Shown piece after piece: positions 25,133 through 36,654 of a DNA stretch of 64,000 bases. The stretch is from Glaucostegus cemiculus. Lineage: Eukaryota. The notes beneath the pieces are model-generated. The model saw only the letters and a list, made by a program, of their open reading frames with translations, did no database searches and was not told the origin of the DNA. The stretch lies in assembly GCA_976551045.1 (NCBI GenBank), contig CDPCPM010000054.1, positions 24,366,001 through 24,430,000 of the forward strand, written 5' to 3'. Each line of letters begins with the position of its first letter. Within the stretch, counting starts at the first letter, position 1. Position numbers and translations under genes: made by a program.

Positions 25133-26049
25133 TATTCAATGAAAAAGAAAAAAACTGTGCCAGTCCTTGCTATTCATTATTAGACTGCAGTTCAATTTCT
25201 ACAGCCTGGCATTGGGCTTTGTTCTGACTTCACTCATAAAATGAGGGGTTATTCAGTACTTGATCTGAAGCTTCAGCCCAATTATCTCATTCAACATTAA
25301 GCCATATCAACTTGTGAAATTAGACCTTTGCACAGTCTCTGTTCCACGACATAAGTGTTTGCCCTGCTCACCCACTGACTCATGCCCTCTGACAATAGAC
25401 TATAAATGTATTTGCTCTTTCCAATAACTGATCTATAATTTTCCCTGCCGTGGATTCTGTCCTACTTATTAATTTCCTGAGGGAGGTGAACTGCAAATAA
25501 ACTGAGCCAGTGAAATCTTTTTCTGATTCTGCCACAAACAATTTAATCTGTTATAGTCCACAAGATCAATCTAATATTGCAATTCACATTATTCACCCCT
25601 GACTAGTCCTATTCCACTGATGAGATTTCCTTGGCTTGAGTAGCACAGAAATCTTTGCATTACCCAAGATATTTGATCAGAACTGCCATAGCTTGTCCTC
25701 ATAATGTCCAATCCTGTCCTTAATAAAATACGCATCTGTCTCTTTTTTTTTAAATAGTTAATCAGCATTGTATCAACTGATTGTGATTGCAGTCTATATT
25801 TCAGATCTAACACTCTGTGGCAGAAACAATTTCTACAGTCTGATGTGAAGCTTGTTAGTTTCTTTTAATGTTTTCCAGTTGCACAATCACAGTTTGAATT
25901 GAATGACCTGTCTAATCTGCATTATTTAAATTGTTGGGCATCTAACATTAGCCCTCAAAATCTTTTCTTGGTTATAAACTATTTCAGCTTTATGCACCTT
26001 TCTTCATAATTCATAACAATCAGTCCTGGAAGATTCTTTAGAAGGAGAA

Positions 26050-26220
26050 ATACTTAATGTTTCATGTTTGAAGTCCTCTGTCAGAACTAGGAAAGGAAGA
26101 AATCTTTTTCCCAGATCTGACAAAGGCTCTGGCCCCAAAATATTAACTGTTTCTCCTTCCACAAATGCTGAATTTCCAGCATTTTCTGTTTGACATTTAA
26201 GATTTCCAGCATCTGCTTTT
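26050..26220. mobile_element. Older Penelope-like terminal repeat with short inversion
   Basis: tctgtcagaactaggaaagg / ctttttcccagatctgacaaagg inverted arms; tail aatattaactgtttctcc...gatttccagcatctgc. Confidence 0.55.
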
Positions 26221-26914
26221 TTGTGGATTTGCTGAGATTTTCTTTGTCAGTCTTCCCTGCAAAATGATTCTGAAGGTGGAGTCTTGAAAACTATATATAA
26301 AATTTACAATGAAAATTTGCTGATGAGCTGCACAATATCCAAACAGTCACAGTGAAACAAGACTTGATGAGTTTGAAATATAATCCAGAATTGATTGGCT
26401 CATGAAAGAGAGAAGTTGGGGAACAGATGAGTAGACACAATCAAATCTTTTTCTTTTTCTGTGTTTTCTGTTGGACAACCAATTCCTTCCTACATTTGAT
26501 TTATGTTTTTGGTATGAATGTATATAACCTTATTCACACCCAGCCGTCCTCTTCTGCAGTGTATGTGCTTAATTAAATTCAATTTTCTTTGAAAGTGATC
26601 AATCACTCACAGTGATCACACAGACCTGTGGTTTAGTGTCATCACCAATGATCAGAACTTTAGGACTTTGTCCCAGTATTCTGCTGGAAGTTGGGCTTTA
26701 TTTTACTAGAGCACCTGGTCAAATCATGTCTTTTGACCTCACCTCTGGAATTCAGCTCTTTTGTCCATGCTTGGACCTAGACTAGGGTGAAGTCTAGAGC
26801 ACACCTTCTACCACTTTATAACCTAGCCTTCCTGATATAAAGACCAAAATTCTAGTCATCATTTTGATTATCTTCTGCAATGTTAATAACATTTATCTGG
26901 ACCTATACATCCAA

Positions 26915-27395
26915 AAGGGTAGTAAAAAGATTTATGAGGGTGTTACCGGGGCTGGAGGGCTAGAGTTATAAGGAGAGACTGGATAGGCTGGAACTTTGTT
27001 TCCCAGAGTGTAGAAGGCTGAGGGAAGACCTTATAGAGGTTTATAAAATCATAAGGGGCATAGAGAAGTTTAACAGTCACAGTCTTTTCCCCAGGGCAGG
27101 GCAGTCCAAAACTGGAGGGCAGAGGTTTAAAGTGAGAGGGGAAAAATTTTAAATGGACCAGAGAGGCAACTTCTTCACACAGAGGGTGGTGCATATATGG
27201 AATGAGGTGCCAGAGGAAGTGGTAGAGGCAGGTACAATTACAACGTTTAAAAGAAATTTGGACAGGTACATAGATAGGAAAAGTTTAGGGGGATATGGGC
27301 TAAATACAGGCAAATGGCTCAGTTCGGCAATTTGGTCGGCATGGATGAATGGGTCAAAGGCCCTGTTTTCTGTGCTGTATGATTTTATGACTCTA
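26915..27395 (+). mobile_element. CR1-type LINE 3' fragment, next to an older minus-strand CR1 relic (~27450-28170)
   Basis: RGNFFTQRVVHIWNEVPEEVVEAGTITTFKRNLD; tail gccctgttttctgtgctgtatgattttatgactcta. Confidence 0.9.
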
Positions 27396-29621
27396 TCTAT
27401 CAGACTAGCTTTCCTATTACAGCTTTTTTTTTCAATTCAGTGTTGGCCTCATATTTGACTACATTGAAATCCATTTGCTTCATGTTTACCCAGTTGTCTA
27501 ATTTATTAATACCCCTCAGAAACATTGTGCTTCCACCTGTATTACAAAGCTGCCTTTCATCATGCCATCAGCGAACTTGGATGTGTGGCTTTCTTGACTA
27601 TGATTCAGTTAATTAAAAAATGTGGTGAATAGCTGGACCCCCAACTCAAATTCATGCAGCACTGTGCAAGTCACATCGCAGCAATTTACACACATCTCCA
27701 TTATCCTTACTCGCTCACTCTCACTGTTAAGCCAATTTCCTCACCAGATACTGAGTCCCATGAATCTTAATTTGAACTGACCTGTAAGAGATTCTATCAA
27801 ATGCCTTTGGAAGTCCATATAAATAAAATGCATAGAGATTCCTCTGGCAATTGCTTTAGCCACCTCTTAAAATATTTAGTGTGGTATTTCAGACAATTCC
27901 TACATTTTACAAATTCATGCTCTTTATGTTCCATCATTCCATGCTAAATCAAGGGCTCTAGTAAGTTCCACTCAATAGATGTTTGGCTAAATGACCTATA
28001 ATTCTCTGGTTTCTTTCTCTCACCTTTGTTCAGTAGTGCCACAAACATACTCAATTTTACAATCTGCAGGAATACTTCCAGCATCAGGAAAATTATGGAA
28101 GGTCAGGATTCAGGCATATCTTCATTTACTGCCTTTAATCCTGAAATAGAAATTATCTGGTCCTGGGGATTTGCTATGATTCAGAGTCATTATTTTTTGT
28201 CAGGGCTTATAATAACTTTGATGTGTTTTCAATTGGATGCCTTGGAGTGTCTGGCGATTATCAAGGAAGCTCTGAAAATGAAAGACTTTCTCACTTCTTC
28301 CCTCTCAACCAATTTTAAATTGTGGCTTTGAATCATGCTTAGGTTATGTTAGAACTCACGGAAAGCACGAGCTGTTTGAACCTCCTACCTAGAGATGTGG
28401 TCACAGCCTGCAATTTCAGTATCTCATAGGTTATGCTATCACTTTCACATCCTGATCTATTCAAACCTGCCTCAAATTGACAGAGAAGTGATCAAAAAGG
28501 AACAGTGCTACATAGACACATAGATAGATGTAGAACTACCTTAATTATTATAATTAAAACCATAAAACATGCTTTTGCCTTGCAATTACATTTCTTTTGT
28601 AACTAGTGGGAATCAAAGATACTCACAAAATGTCATGAGCAGCAATTGTTTCTTTGCAATTATATTTTTGTACTGGAGATAAATTTCAGTAGCTTGCAGT
28701 TTGTATACTTGAACACAGATCCTTGCCCCTGATTCACTTGTGTCTGCCAATCAGGGGTCCCAGAAAGTCATTTGGGACAGAAATTCATCTTTGATGCAGA
28801 AAGTTAAAGAATTGAACTGGAGTCAGTTAAAAAGGCATTATTTGAGTGGAGTATTTTGGGAAAAATCCATCTCATCTTTGCATCAGTGAATTTATGCAGT
28901 GCACCTTATGCAATAGAACATTGACATGAAAGGAAAGCTGTGGGTTGCAGCCAGAAAAGGAAGGAATTTAGGAGGTGGCATTAAATGCATATTTTACGAA
29001 GGTGGTTTCAAAGAAGTTATTAAGGCAGGGAGGAAGAACAAGGAAGAATAGGAAGAAAGAACAGTTTGGGATGAATTCCAGAAGGCAGGTGCTTGAAGCT
29101 AATGAAATGGCTTCAGATGTCAGAGTGAAAAAGCATGAGCAGCATTCACATCAAGGGATCATTGTATTCAAGTTAGATGGCTGAGCACAGAATTCCATGC
29201 GTAGAGGCAGAAAAAAGTAAGAAGTGATTTGAAAATAAGGGCAATATTTTCTACATAGGCAACCAGTGAAACCTGGAGTGGGCAGTGGGATAGGTCCCTG
29301 GAGGTTCTGAGCAGGAAAGGAATCAAACCATTGGCAGGAGTGGAAATGAAACAAGGCTTTGGCTGGAAATGTTCTGAAAATGGATGGATGCACAGACCAA
29401 ATGTAGGGTTAAAAGCTTAAAGCTTAATCACCAAAGCTTCTCAAGCAAGCTCCCCAGCACCACATTGGGATTGCTGACTGCTCTGCCTTGTCCCTGGATC
29501 CAGGCTAAGTTAGCCTTTGGTTGGCTGGATATTATACCAGGTGGGAAGTGGTGAACTACAATATCTGCAGCAGTTACCTTGTTGCTGACTTGTGGCCCAT
29601 CGCCTGAAGACACTGATAAAA

Positions 29622-29912
29622 TATGATTTCTTTATTAGTCACATGTACATCGAAACACACAGTGAAATACATCTTTTATGTAGAGTGTTCTGGGGACAGC
29701 CCGCAAGTGTCGCCACGCTTCCGGCGCCAACATAGCATGCCCACAACTCCTTAACCTGTACGTCTTTGGAATGTGGGAGGAAACCGGAGCACCCGGAGGA
29801 AATCCACACAGACACAGGGAGATTGTACAAACTCCTTGCAGACAGTGGACGGAATTGAACCTGGATCGCTAGCACTGTAAAGCATTACACTAACCGCTAC
29901 ACTACCGTGCCT
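29622..29912 (-). mobile_element. tRNA-derived SINE with Rex-like tail
   Basis: Head ggcacggtagtgtagcggttag...ggttcaattcc, core ggtttcctcccacattccaaagacg, tail tttcactgtgtgtttcgatgtacatgtgactaataaag. Confidence 0.85.
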
Positions 29913-30154
29913 GCGGTTAAAATAAACATTTGGAATCATAAAGTTTTGGGTTTCATTAAAATATCAGTTTGGAAAGGAGCGATAAAATATTCCTTTGAAT
30001 CAGCAGTTCGGGCATCATGTGCTTTGTTCCTTCCATGAAAAAGCATTCTATGTCATTGGGAGGGTGAAGTGCTGCTCTTTCCAAATGGAAGGCAACTGCA
30101 TGAATCACAACTGAGTTATAGTATGCTAACAGGAAGGAGGGAAGGAGATAGAGA

Positions 30155-31420
30155 GCTTAGTGACATGATGTCATGACAACAACCTTTCCCTCAATGTTAG
30201 CAAAACAAAAGAGCTGGTCGTTGACTTCAGGAAAGGGAGCGGTGTACGTGCACCTGTCTACATCAATGGTGCTGAGGTCAAGAGGGTTGAGAAATTCAAG
30301 TTCCTAGGAGTGAACATCACCACAAGATCACAAGATCACAAGATAATGGAGCAGAAGCAGGCCAGTCGGCCCATCGAGTCTGCTCCAAAGGGAAGGGAGG
30401 GTGGTGAAAAAAAAGAGGATAAGAAAAAAAAACCTACTATTCTAAGTCCAAATCCCTGCCTTATCTCCATATCCCTTGATACCTTGACCAATTAGATATC
30501 TATCTATTTCCTTCTTGAATATCCCCAATGATCTGGCTTCCACTGCTTTCTGTGGTAAGGAGTTCCACAGGTTCACCACCCTCTGGCTAAAGAAATTCCT
30601 CCTTATCTCTGTTTTGAACCTGCTTCCTCTAATTCTAAGTTTGTGTCCTCTAGTCCTGGATTCCCCCACCAAGGGAAACAGCTTGACCACATTCACTTGG
30701 TCCATTCCTTTCAACATCTTGTACATTACCAATAGCCTGTCCTGGTCCAACCATGTAGATGCCATAGCCAAGAAAGATCACCAGTGCCTCTACTTCCTCA
30801 GGAGGCTAAAGAAATTTAGAATGTCCCCTTTAACACTCACCAACTTTTATTAATGCACCATAGAAAGCATCCTATCTGGATGCATCACGGCTTGGTATGG
30901 CAACTGCTTTGCCCAGGAGCACAAGAAACCACAGGGAGTTGTGGACACAGCCCAGTGCATCATGGAAACTAACCTCCCCTCCATGGACTCTGTCTATACC
31001 TCTCCCTGCCTTGGTGAAGCAGCCAGCATAATCAAAGACCCCATCCACCCAGGTCATTCTCTCTCCTCTCCTTTTCCATCAGGCAGATACAGGAGCCTGA
31101 GGGCATATATCATCAGGTCCAAGGACAGCTTCTATCCCACAGTGATAAGACAATTGAACGGTTCCCTTATACGATGAGATGGACTCTTGACCTCACAACC
31201 TAACTTGTTTGACCTTGCACCTTAATGTCTACCTGCACTACGCTCCCCTGTAGCTGTGACACTTTACTCTGTAGTCTGTTGTTGTTTTTACCCTGTGTTA
31301 CCTCAATGCACTCTGTACTACCTCAATGCACTGTGTAATGAATTGATCTGTATGATCGGTATGCAAGATATGTTTTTCACTGTACTACGGTGCAAGTGAC
31401 AATAATAAACCAATACCAAT
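30155..31420 (+). mobile_element. Rex/Babar-type LINE 3' portion, interrupted by CR1
   Basis: NNLSLNVSKTKELVVDFRK...KFLGVNIT | NSLSWSNHVDAIAKK..YFLRRLKK...IIKDPIHPGHS...DSFYP; tail gtgacaataataaaccaatacca. Confidence 0.9.
30323..30722 (-). mobile_element. CR1 3' fragment nested in Rex, with 9-bp TSD
   Basis: SRTRGHKLRIRGSRFKTEIRRNFFSQRVVNLWNSLP; (caagatca)n tail; flanks acatcacca (30314-30322) / acattacca (30723-30731). Confidence 0.9.
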
Positions 31421-32333
31421 ATCAATTGCTGGATTTTGTTGTGATTAACTCCAACATTCTGAAAGACATACGGGTAGGTTAATTTGGGGGTTAAAAATGG
31501 GCGGCGTGGACTCGGAGTGCCGAAAGGGCCTGTTACCACGTTGTGAATAAAATTTAAAATTTAAAAATAGGCTTGAAATTCAAAAATGTTTTTTTTAAAT
31601 AGCATTATTCATGACAAATGAAATGGTGATGTACTCAATGTATCATCTACTGTTGGCCAATTCCAATGAGATGTGAACCTACTCAAAATCAGTTTAGACT
31701 TTCTGTTGAAGCTTCAGACAGAATGACTATTTACAGAATATGAGGTAGAACTTGGATATCACTGATCACAGTTTGCAACGTTCCAAGAAACCATATGAGT
31801 TGGGCAATTCTACTGTGTGTTGCTGCTTTTTGCCAAATATACTTTTTAATAATTCACTTGTGGGCAGTGGGTAATGCTGGCATGACTGGCATTTTACTAA
31901 ATTGAGAACAATGTAAATATTGTAAATAGGTTAATAAACCTTTTCTTAAAAAGAAAGCTGACATTTATCACCCATCCTTAATTATCCTTGAGAAGGTCAG
32001 GGTGAACATCCTTCTTGAAATACTGTAGTCTGATCAACGAGTTGCCTTTAGATAAAACGGACCAGCTTTCTGGGCCATTTCAGAAATTCTTCTGACCTGT
32101 TGGTGAGTTTCAGAAGTAATGTTTATGCATTAAGATCTGAAAAGTGAGCTAAAATTTGTGTTCTTTCAAATCAGAATACAACTGAGAATAATTTGATGGA
32201 TGGGATTTTAATTTTTACTCCAGGACGATGTATTCTTTTGTGTTAGTGAAGGAGAGTTCTGGGTCAAAGGGCAGATAAAGTGCTGCCTCTTCTGAGAGGA
32301 AAGCAACTTTCTGAATCACGACTGAATTATAGT

Positions 32334-32430
32334 ATTCCAGATGATGGGTCTCGACCTGAAACCTTGACTGTCCATTTCCTCCACAGATACTGCCTCACCT
32401 GCTGAGTTCCTCCAGCTCCTTGTTTGTTGC
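32334..32430 (+). mobile_element. Penelope-like terminal-repeat fragment with degenerate hammerhead
   Basis: ccagatgatgggtctcgacctgaaaccttgactgtccatttcctccacagatactgcctcacctgctgagttcctccagc. Confidence 0.7.
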
Positions 32431-32794
32431 GATAGTATGCCAACAATTGCTGGATTGTATTGAGATTATCCCTAACATGGTAAGTGAAGTAGATATCTTG
32501 GTGCATCCATTCTAAAATCTTAGATATAGTCATAGAGTAAAACAGCACAAAAACAGGCCCTTTGGCCCACCATGTCCGTGGCATCCATTGTTTCCATCTA
32601 CACTGATCCCATTGACCTTCTTCCAAGGCATGATGATGCCTCAAAAAGGCACCCTGCTGAGTCCGTGCCTGAACGTCGCAACAGCCTTTGACAGAAGGCA
32701 AGCTGGGCTGTGGTTTTGCCTTGTGTCAAATCTATGGGACTTTTGTTTTATATCTCTGATATTCAGAGGCATTGAGAACCTGTAGGTTACTACA

Positions 32795-32910
32795 AATAGC
32801 TTGGGAAAAAACTGAAGTAAAAAAATATTTTAAAGCACATAAAAAGACCGAGAATAGCTTGGGAAAAAACTGAAGTAAAAAAATATTTTAAAGCACATAA
32901 AAAGACCGAG
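32795..32910. repeat. Perfect 58-bp tandem duplication
   Basis: aatagcttgggaaaaaactgaagtaaaaaaatattttaaagcacataaaaagaccgag x2 (32795-32852, 32853-32910). Confidence 0.95.
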
Positions 32911-32980
32911 AAATGATTTTTAAAAACATTAAATAAAGTAACATGATTAATAAAAATAAATAGCTGAACTTTAAAAAAAA

Positions 32981-33230
32981 ATTTTAATTTTTTTTATTTA
33001 CGGTGCAGTAACAGGCCCTTTTGGCCCAACGAGTCCACGCTGCTCATTTTAACCCCCCAAATTAACCTACCCGTACATCTTTTAGAATGTGGGAGGAAAC
33101 TGGAGCACCCGGAGGAAACCCACGCAGACACAGGGAGAATGTACAAACTCCTTACAGACAGCGACGGGAATGGAACCCAGATCGCTGGCGCTGTAACAGC
33201 GTCGTGCTAACCGCTACGCTATCGTGCCGC
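32981..33230 (-). mobile_element. tRNA-derived SINE with CR1-like tail
   Basis: Head ggcacgatagcgtagcggttagc, same core as 29622-29912, tail gactcgttgggccaaaagggcctgttactgcaccgt + A-rich end; a 3' half-copy at ~31455-31565 (+). Confidence 0.85.
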
Positions 33231-33232
33231 CC

Positions 33233-33276
33233 TATAATCTATAATTCCCATATAATCTATAATTCCCATATAATCT
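33233..33276. repeat. 18-bp tandem repeat (about 2.4 copies)
   Basis: tataatctataattccca x2 + tataatct. Confidence 0.9.
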
Positions 33277-33371
33277 CCAGGACTGGGAAATCTTTTCCAG
33301 ATCAGTGGGGTTGCTGTTCCCATATGGAATCCCGGTATGGGACACAGTGGTAGACCCACCATTTAGCATAT

Positions 33372-34480
33372 ATACAACCATCAAAGATGCCTACCAAGCC
33401 ACCTCCCCACCCTCACTTTGGTAAGTCAGACCACCAGGTTGTGCTCCTTCTCCCTGCGTACAAACGGAAGATGAAATGGGAGGATCCAGTACAGGAAGTC
33501 ATACAGTGCTGGTTTCAGGAGATAGATGAGCATCTACTCAACTGCTTTGAGTCAATAGACTGGTCTGTGTTCAAAGACTCAGCTGCCAGCCTAGATGCGT
33601 ATGTCACCACCATTACTGACTTTATCAGCAAGTGGGTTGAGGTCTGTGTACCAAAAAGTACAATCAGGGTGTTCCCAAACCAGAAACCATGGATGAACCC
33701 TACTGAGGTCTCGGACTGCAGCATTCAAATCAGATGACCCTGACCTTCACAAAGAATCGAGACATGACTTCCGTAAAGCTATCAGAGATGCCAAGAGACA
33801 ATATCAGACCAAAATTGAGCCCCAGACAAGCTGTCAGTTGTGGTAGGACTTACATGCTATAATGGGCTACATCGCTAACAACAGTGCATCCCTTCCCAAT
33901 GAGCTTAACACTCTCATCAACTTTTATTGACACAACATAGAAAGCATCCTATTTGGATACATTACAGCTTGGTATGACAACTGCTCTGCCCAGGACCGCA
34001 AGAAACTGCAGAGAGTTGTGGACACAGCTCAGCGCATCATGGAAACCAGCCTCCCCTCCATGAACTCTGTCTATACTTCTTGATGCTTCAGTAAAGCAGC
34101 CAGTTTAAATAGAGACCCCACCCACCCCAGACACTCTCTTTTCTCCCCCTCCCATCGGGCAGAAGATACAACAGCCTGAAAGCATGTACCGCCAGGCTCA
34201 AGGACAGCTATCCTGTTGGTATAAGACTATTAAACAGCTCCCTAGTATGATAAGGTGGACTCTTGACCTCACAATCTACCTTGTTTATGACCTTGCGCCT
34301 TATTGCCTACCTGCACTGCACTTTCTTTGTAGCTGTGACACTTCATTCTGCATTCTATATTGTTTTACCTTGTACTACTTCAATGCACTGTATAATGAAT
34401 TGATCTGTATGAACAATATGCAAGACAAGTTTTTCACTGTACCTCAGTACAAGTGATAATAATAAATCAATTCCAATTCC
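33372..34480 (+). mobile_element. Rex/Babar-type LINE with large internal deletion (endonuclease end joined to RT C-terminus)
   Basis: PHFGKSDHQVVLLLPAYK (APE SDH motif) and FPNQKPWM, then at ~33910 a direct jump to the caacttttat...atagaaagcatcct RT C-terminal region; Rex tail. Confidence 0.85.
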
Positions 34481-35414
34481 CAAGTTCCATTCAAACCAAG
34501 GTGCTCTCCCATTCTCCAGTAACAAATTTGATTCAAAGATAATTAAGGGTAGGCTACAGAGTATGTCACACAAATTGGTTGCATCACAGCCAACATTTGA
34601 CACAAATTCAAGATTCTGGAGGTGGTTAGAACAGAACAACAGGTGATGTAAAACGTGTTCAGGAACAATGGCTCCAATCCAATATTGTGGTTTTGGAAGC
34701 CAATCTTTCTGGTTTAATTTAATTGATTAACTTGTGCTGAAACAATATGCTGTTGTTCAGTAGGCATCAGATTATCTCCCCAACTATGTGTGATCCCCAA
34801 ACAGATTTCTTTTCATGTTCAAATCCATTCAAGCACAATAATTATTAAAATAATATCAGCGCAGTCAAGGGAAATCAGAATCCGCTTGACTGTCAAAACA
34901 TACATTCCGCTACATAATTGAGGTTTGAGGTTTGAAGGACATTCCTAGAACTTTTGCAAAAACGTAACCCTCGGGCAAACTTCTGAATGATTGAATCCTC
35001 TGTTGATTGTGAAACAGCTGCCACCATTCTTTCATGGTCTAAGTGTTTGTGCTGATCATCGAGACACCATATCTTGCTGGTGCTTTCAATGGGTGTGTAG
35101 CTGTGATGATATGATGTTCAACCTTTACTCCAAGTTTCTTCTGAGAACACCACAGAAATCGGAGATGATTATTGCTTTGAGCTATGGTTTTGGACGAATG
35201 CTGACCTAATGATGTATCTAGTAGAGCTGCTGCGTCACAGCTGCAGTGACCTGAGTTCAATCCGATCTCCAATGTTTAATTTAGCATTAAAATGTTGATA
35301 CTGAACCAGCAAGTCGGAAGGCCAGGATTTCACTGAGGTTTTAAAATTTTTTTTTTTTTAATGCATGGTTGCCAACTTTGGCTCAGTTCCTTCAGAACTT
35401 AGATAAGATAAGAT

Positions 35415-36337
35415 AACAATGATGAAACAAACTATAGAGAAGAGGTGAAGCGACTGGCCATGTGGTGCAGCAACAACAACCTCTCCCTGAATGTGGAAAA
35501 AAACTAAGGAGATGGTAGTGGATTTCAGGAAAGGTCACCGTGTGCACGTCCCGCTGACCATCAACGGGTCTGTGGTGGAACAAGTCAGCAGCACCAAGTT
35601 CCTGGGGGTGCACTTCGCTGATGACTTGAACTGGTCCATTAACACCACAGCCCTCACCAAGAAAGCCCAGAAACGCCTCTACTTCCTGCGGAGATTGAGG
35701 AAAGTAAACTCCCATCCTTCTATTATGAAAACTTTTTACAGAGGGACAATTGAGAGTATCCTGACACACTGCATCACCATCTGGTATGGGAGCTGCTCAG
35801 CTGCTGGACGGAAGTCCCTGCAGAGAATAGAGAGAGGGGCAGAGAAGGTCATAGGTGTCTCTCTACCCTCTATTGCAGATATATATATATGGACTGATGT
35901 GTCCGAAAGGTCACAAACATAATATCGGACCCTTCTCACCCCTCTTACCACCTCTTTACACTCTTGCCATCCAGAAGAAGGCTCCAGTGCATCCGGGCAA
36001 GGACTACCAGATTGTGCAATAGCTTTTTCCCACAAGCTATCAGAACCATGAACTCCCTCATCCCTCCATCACTCCTGCCAACACCAAAGGATGCTAGGCG
36101 TACAGAAATGCACCAGCACTTTAAATGTCCTTTGTCTGCTGCCTCAGTACGCTCACTTTGAGATTGTTTATTCGAGCCGCCATTTAATTTTGTGGTTCCG
36201 ATGTTGTTAATGTCTGTCTTTGTGTGTCTCATTGTTTTTTTTAATGTGACGAGCACCTTGATCTGTCGAGTACGGTATTTTGCTCCCATGTATGCTGATT
36301 GTGTATATGGAAGTGACAATAAAACTGATTCTGATTC
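35415..36337 (+). mobile_element. Rex1/Babar-type LINE 3' fragment (young subfamily), inserted in a SINE tail
   Basis: KTKEMVVDFRK...KFLGVHF..DLNWSINTTALTKKAQKRLYFLRRLRK...NSFFPQAIR; tail aataaaa(ctgatt)n; sister of 4202-4956. Confidence 0.92.
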
Positions 36338-36573
36338 TGATAAGATCTTTATTAGTCACATGCACATCAAAACACACAGTGAAATACATCTTTTGTGTAG
36401 TGATTTTGGGGGGCAGCCCCCAAGTGTCGCCATGCTTCTGGCACCAACATAGCATACCCATAACTTCCTAACACAGACACGAGGAGAACATACAAACTCC
36501 TTACAGACAGCGGCCGGATTTGAACCCGGGTCGCTGGCACTGTAAAGCATTGTGCTAACCACTGTGCTACCAT
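36338..36573 (-). mobile_element. tRNA-derived SINE with Rex-like tail (rest of tail at 35401-35414)
   Basis: Same family as 29622-29912 with a core deletion; (agata)n tail split by the Rex insertion. Confidence 0.85.
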
Positions 36574-36654
36574 CCCACTGACTCCCAACCTCAGTCCAGT
36601 CTTCAACCTTTGGTTCAAAATCCAAAGTGATACAGCAGTAAGTGTAGGACATAC

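Noticed and set aside
32795-33276. CRISPR-like array
   Set aside because: Adjacent tandem copies with no unique spacers, in a eukaryotic context
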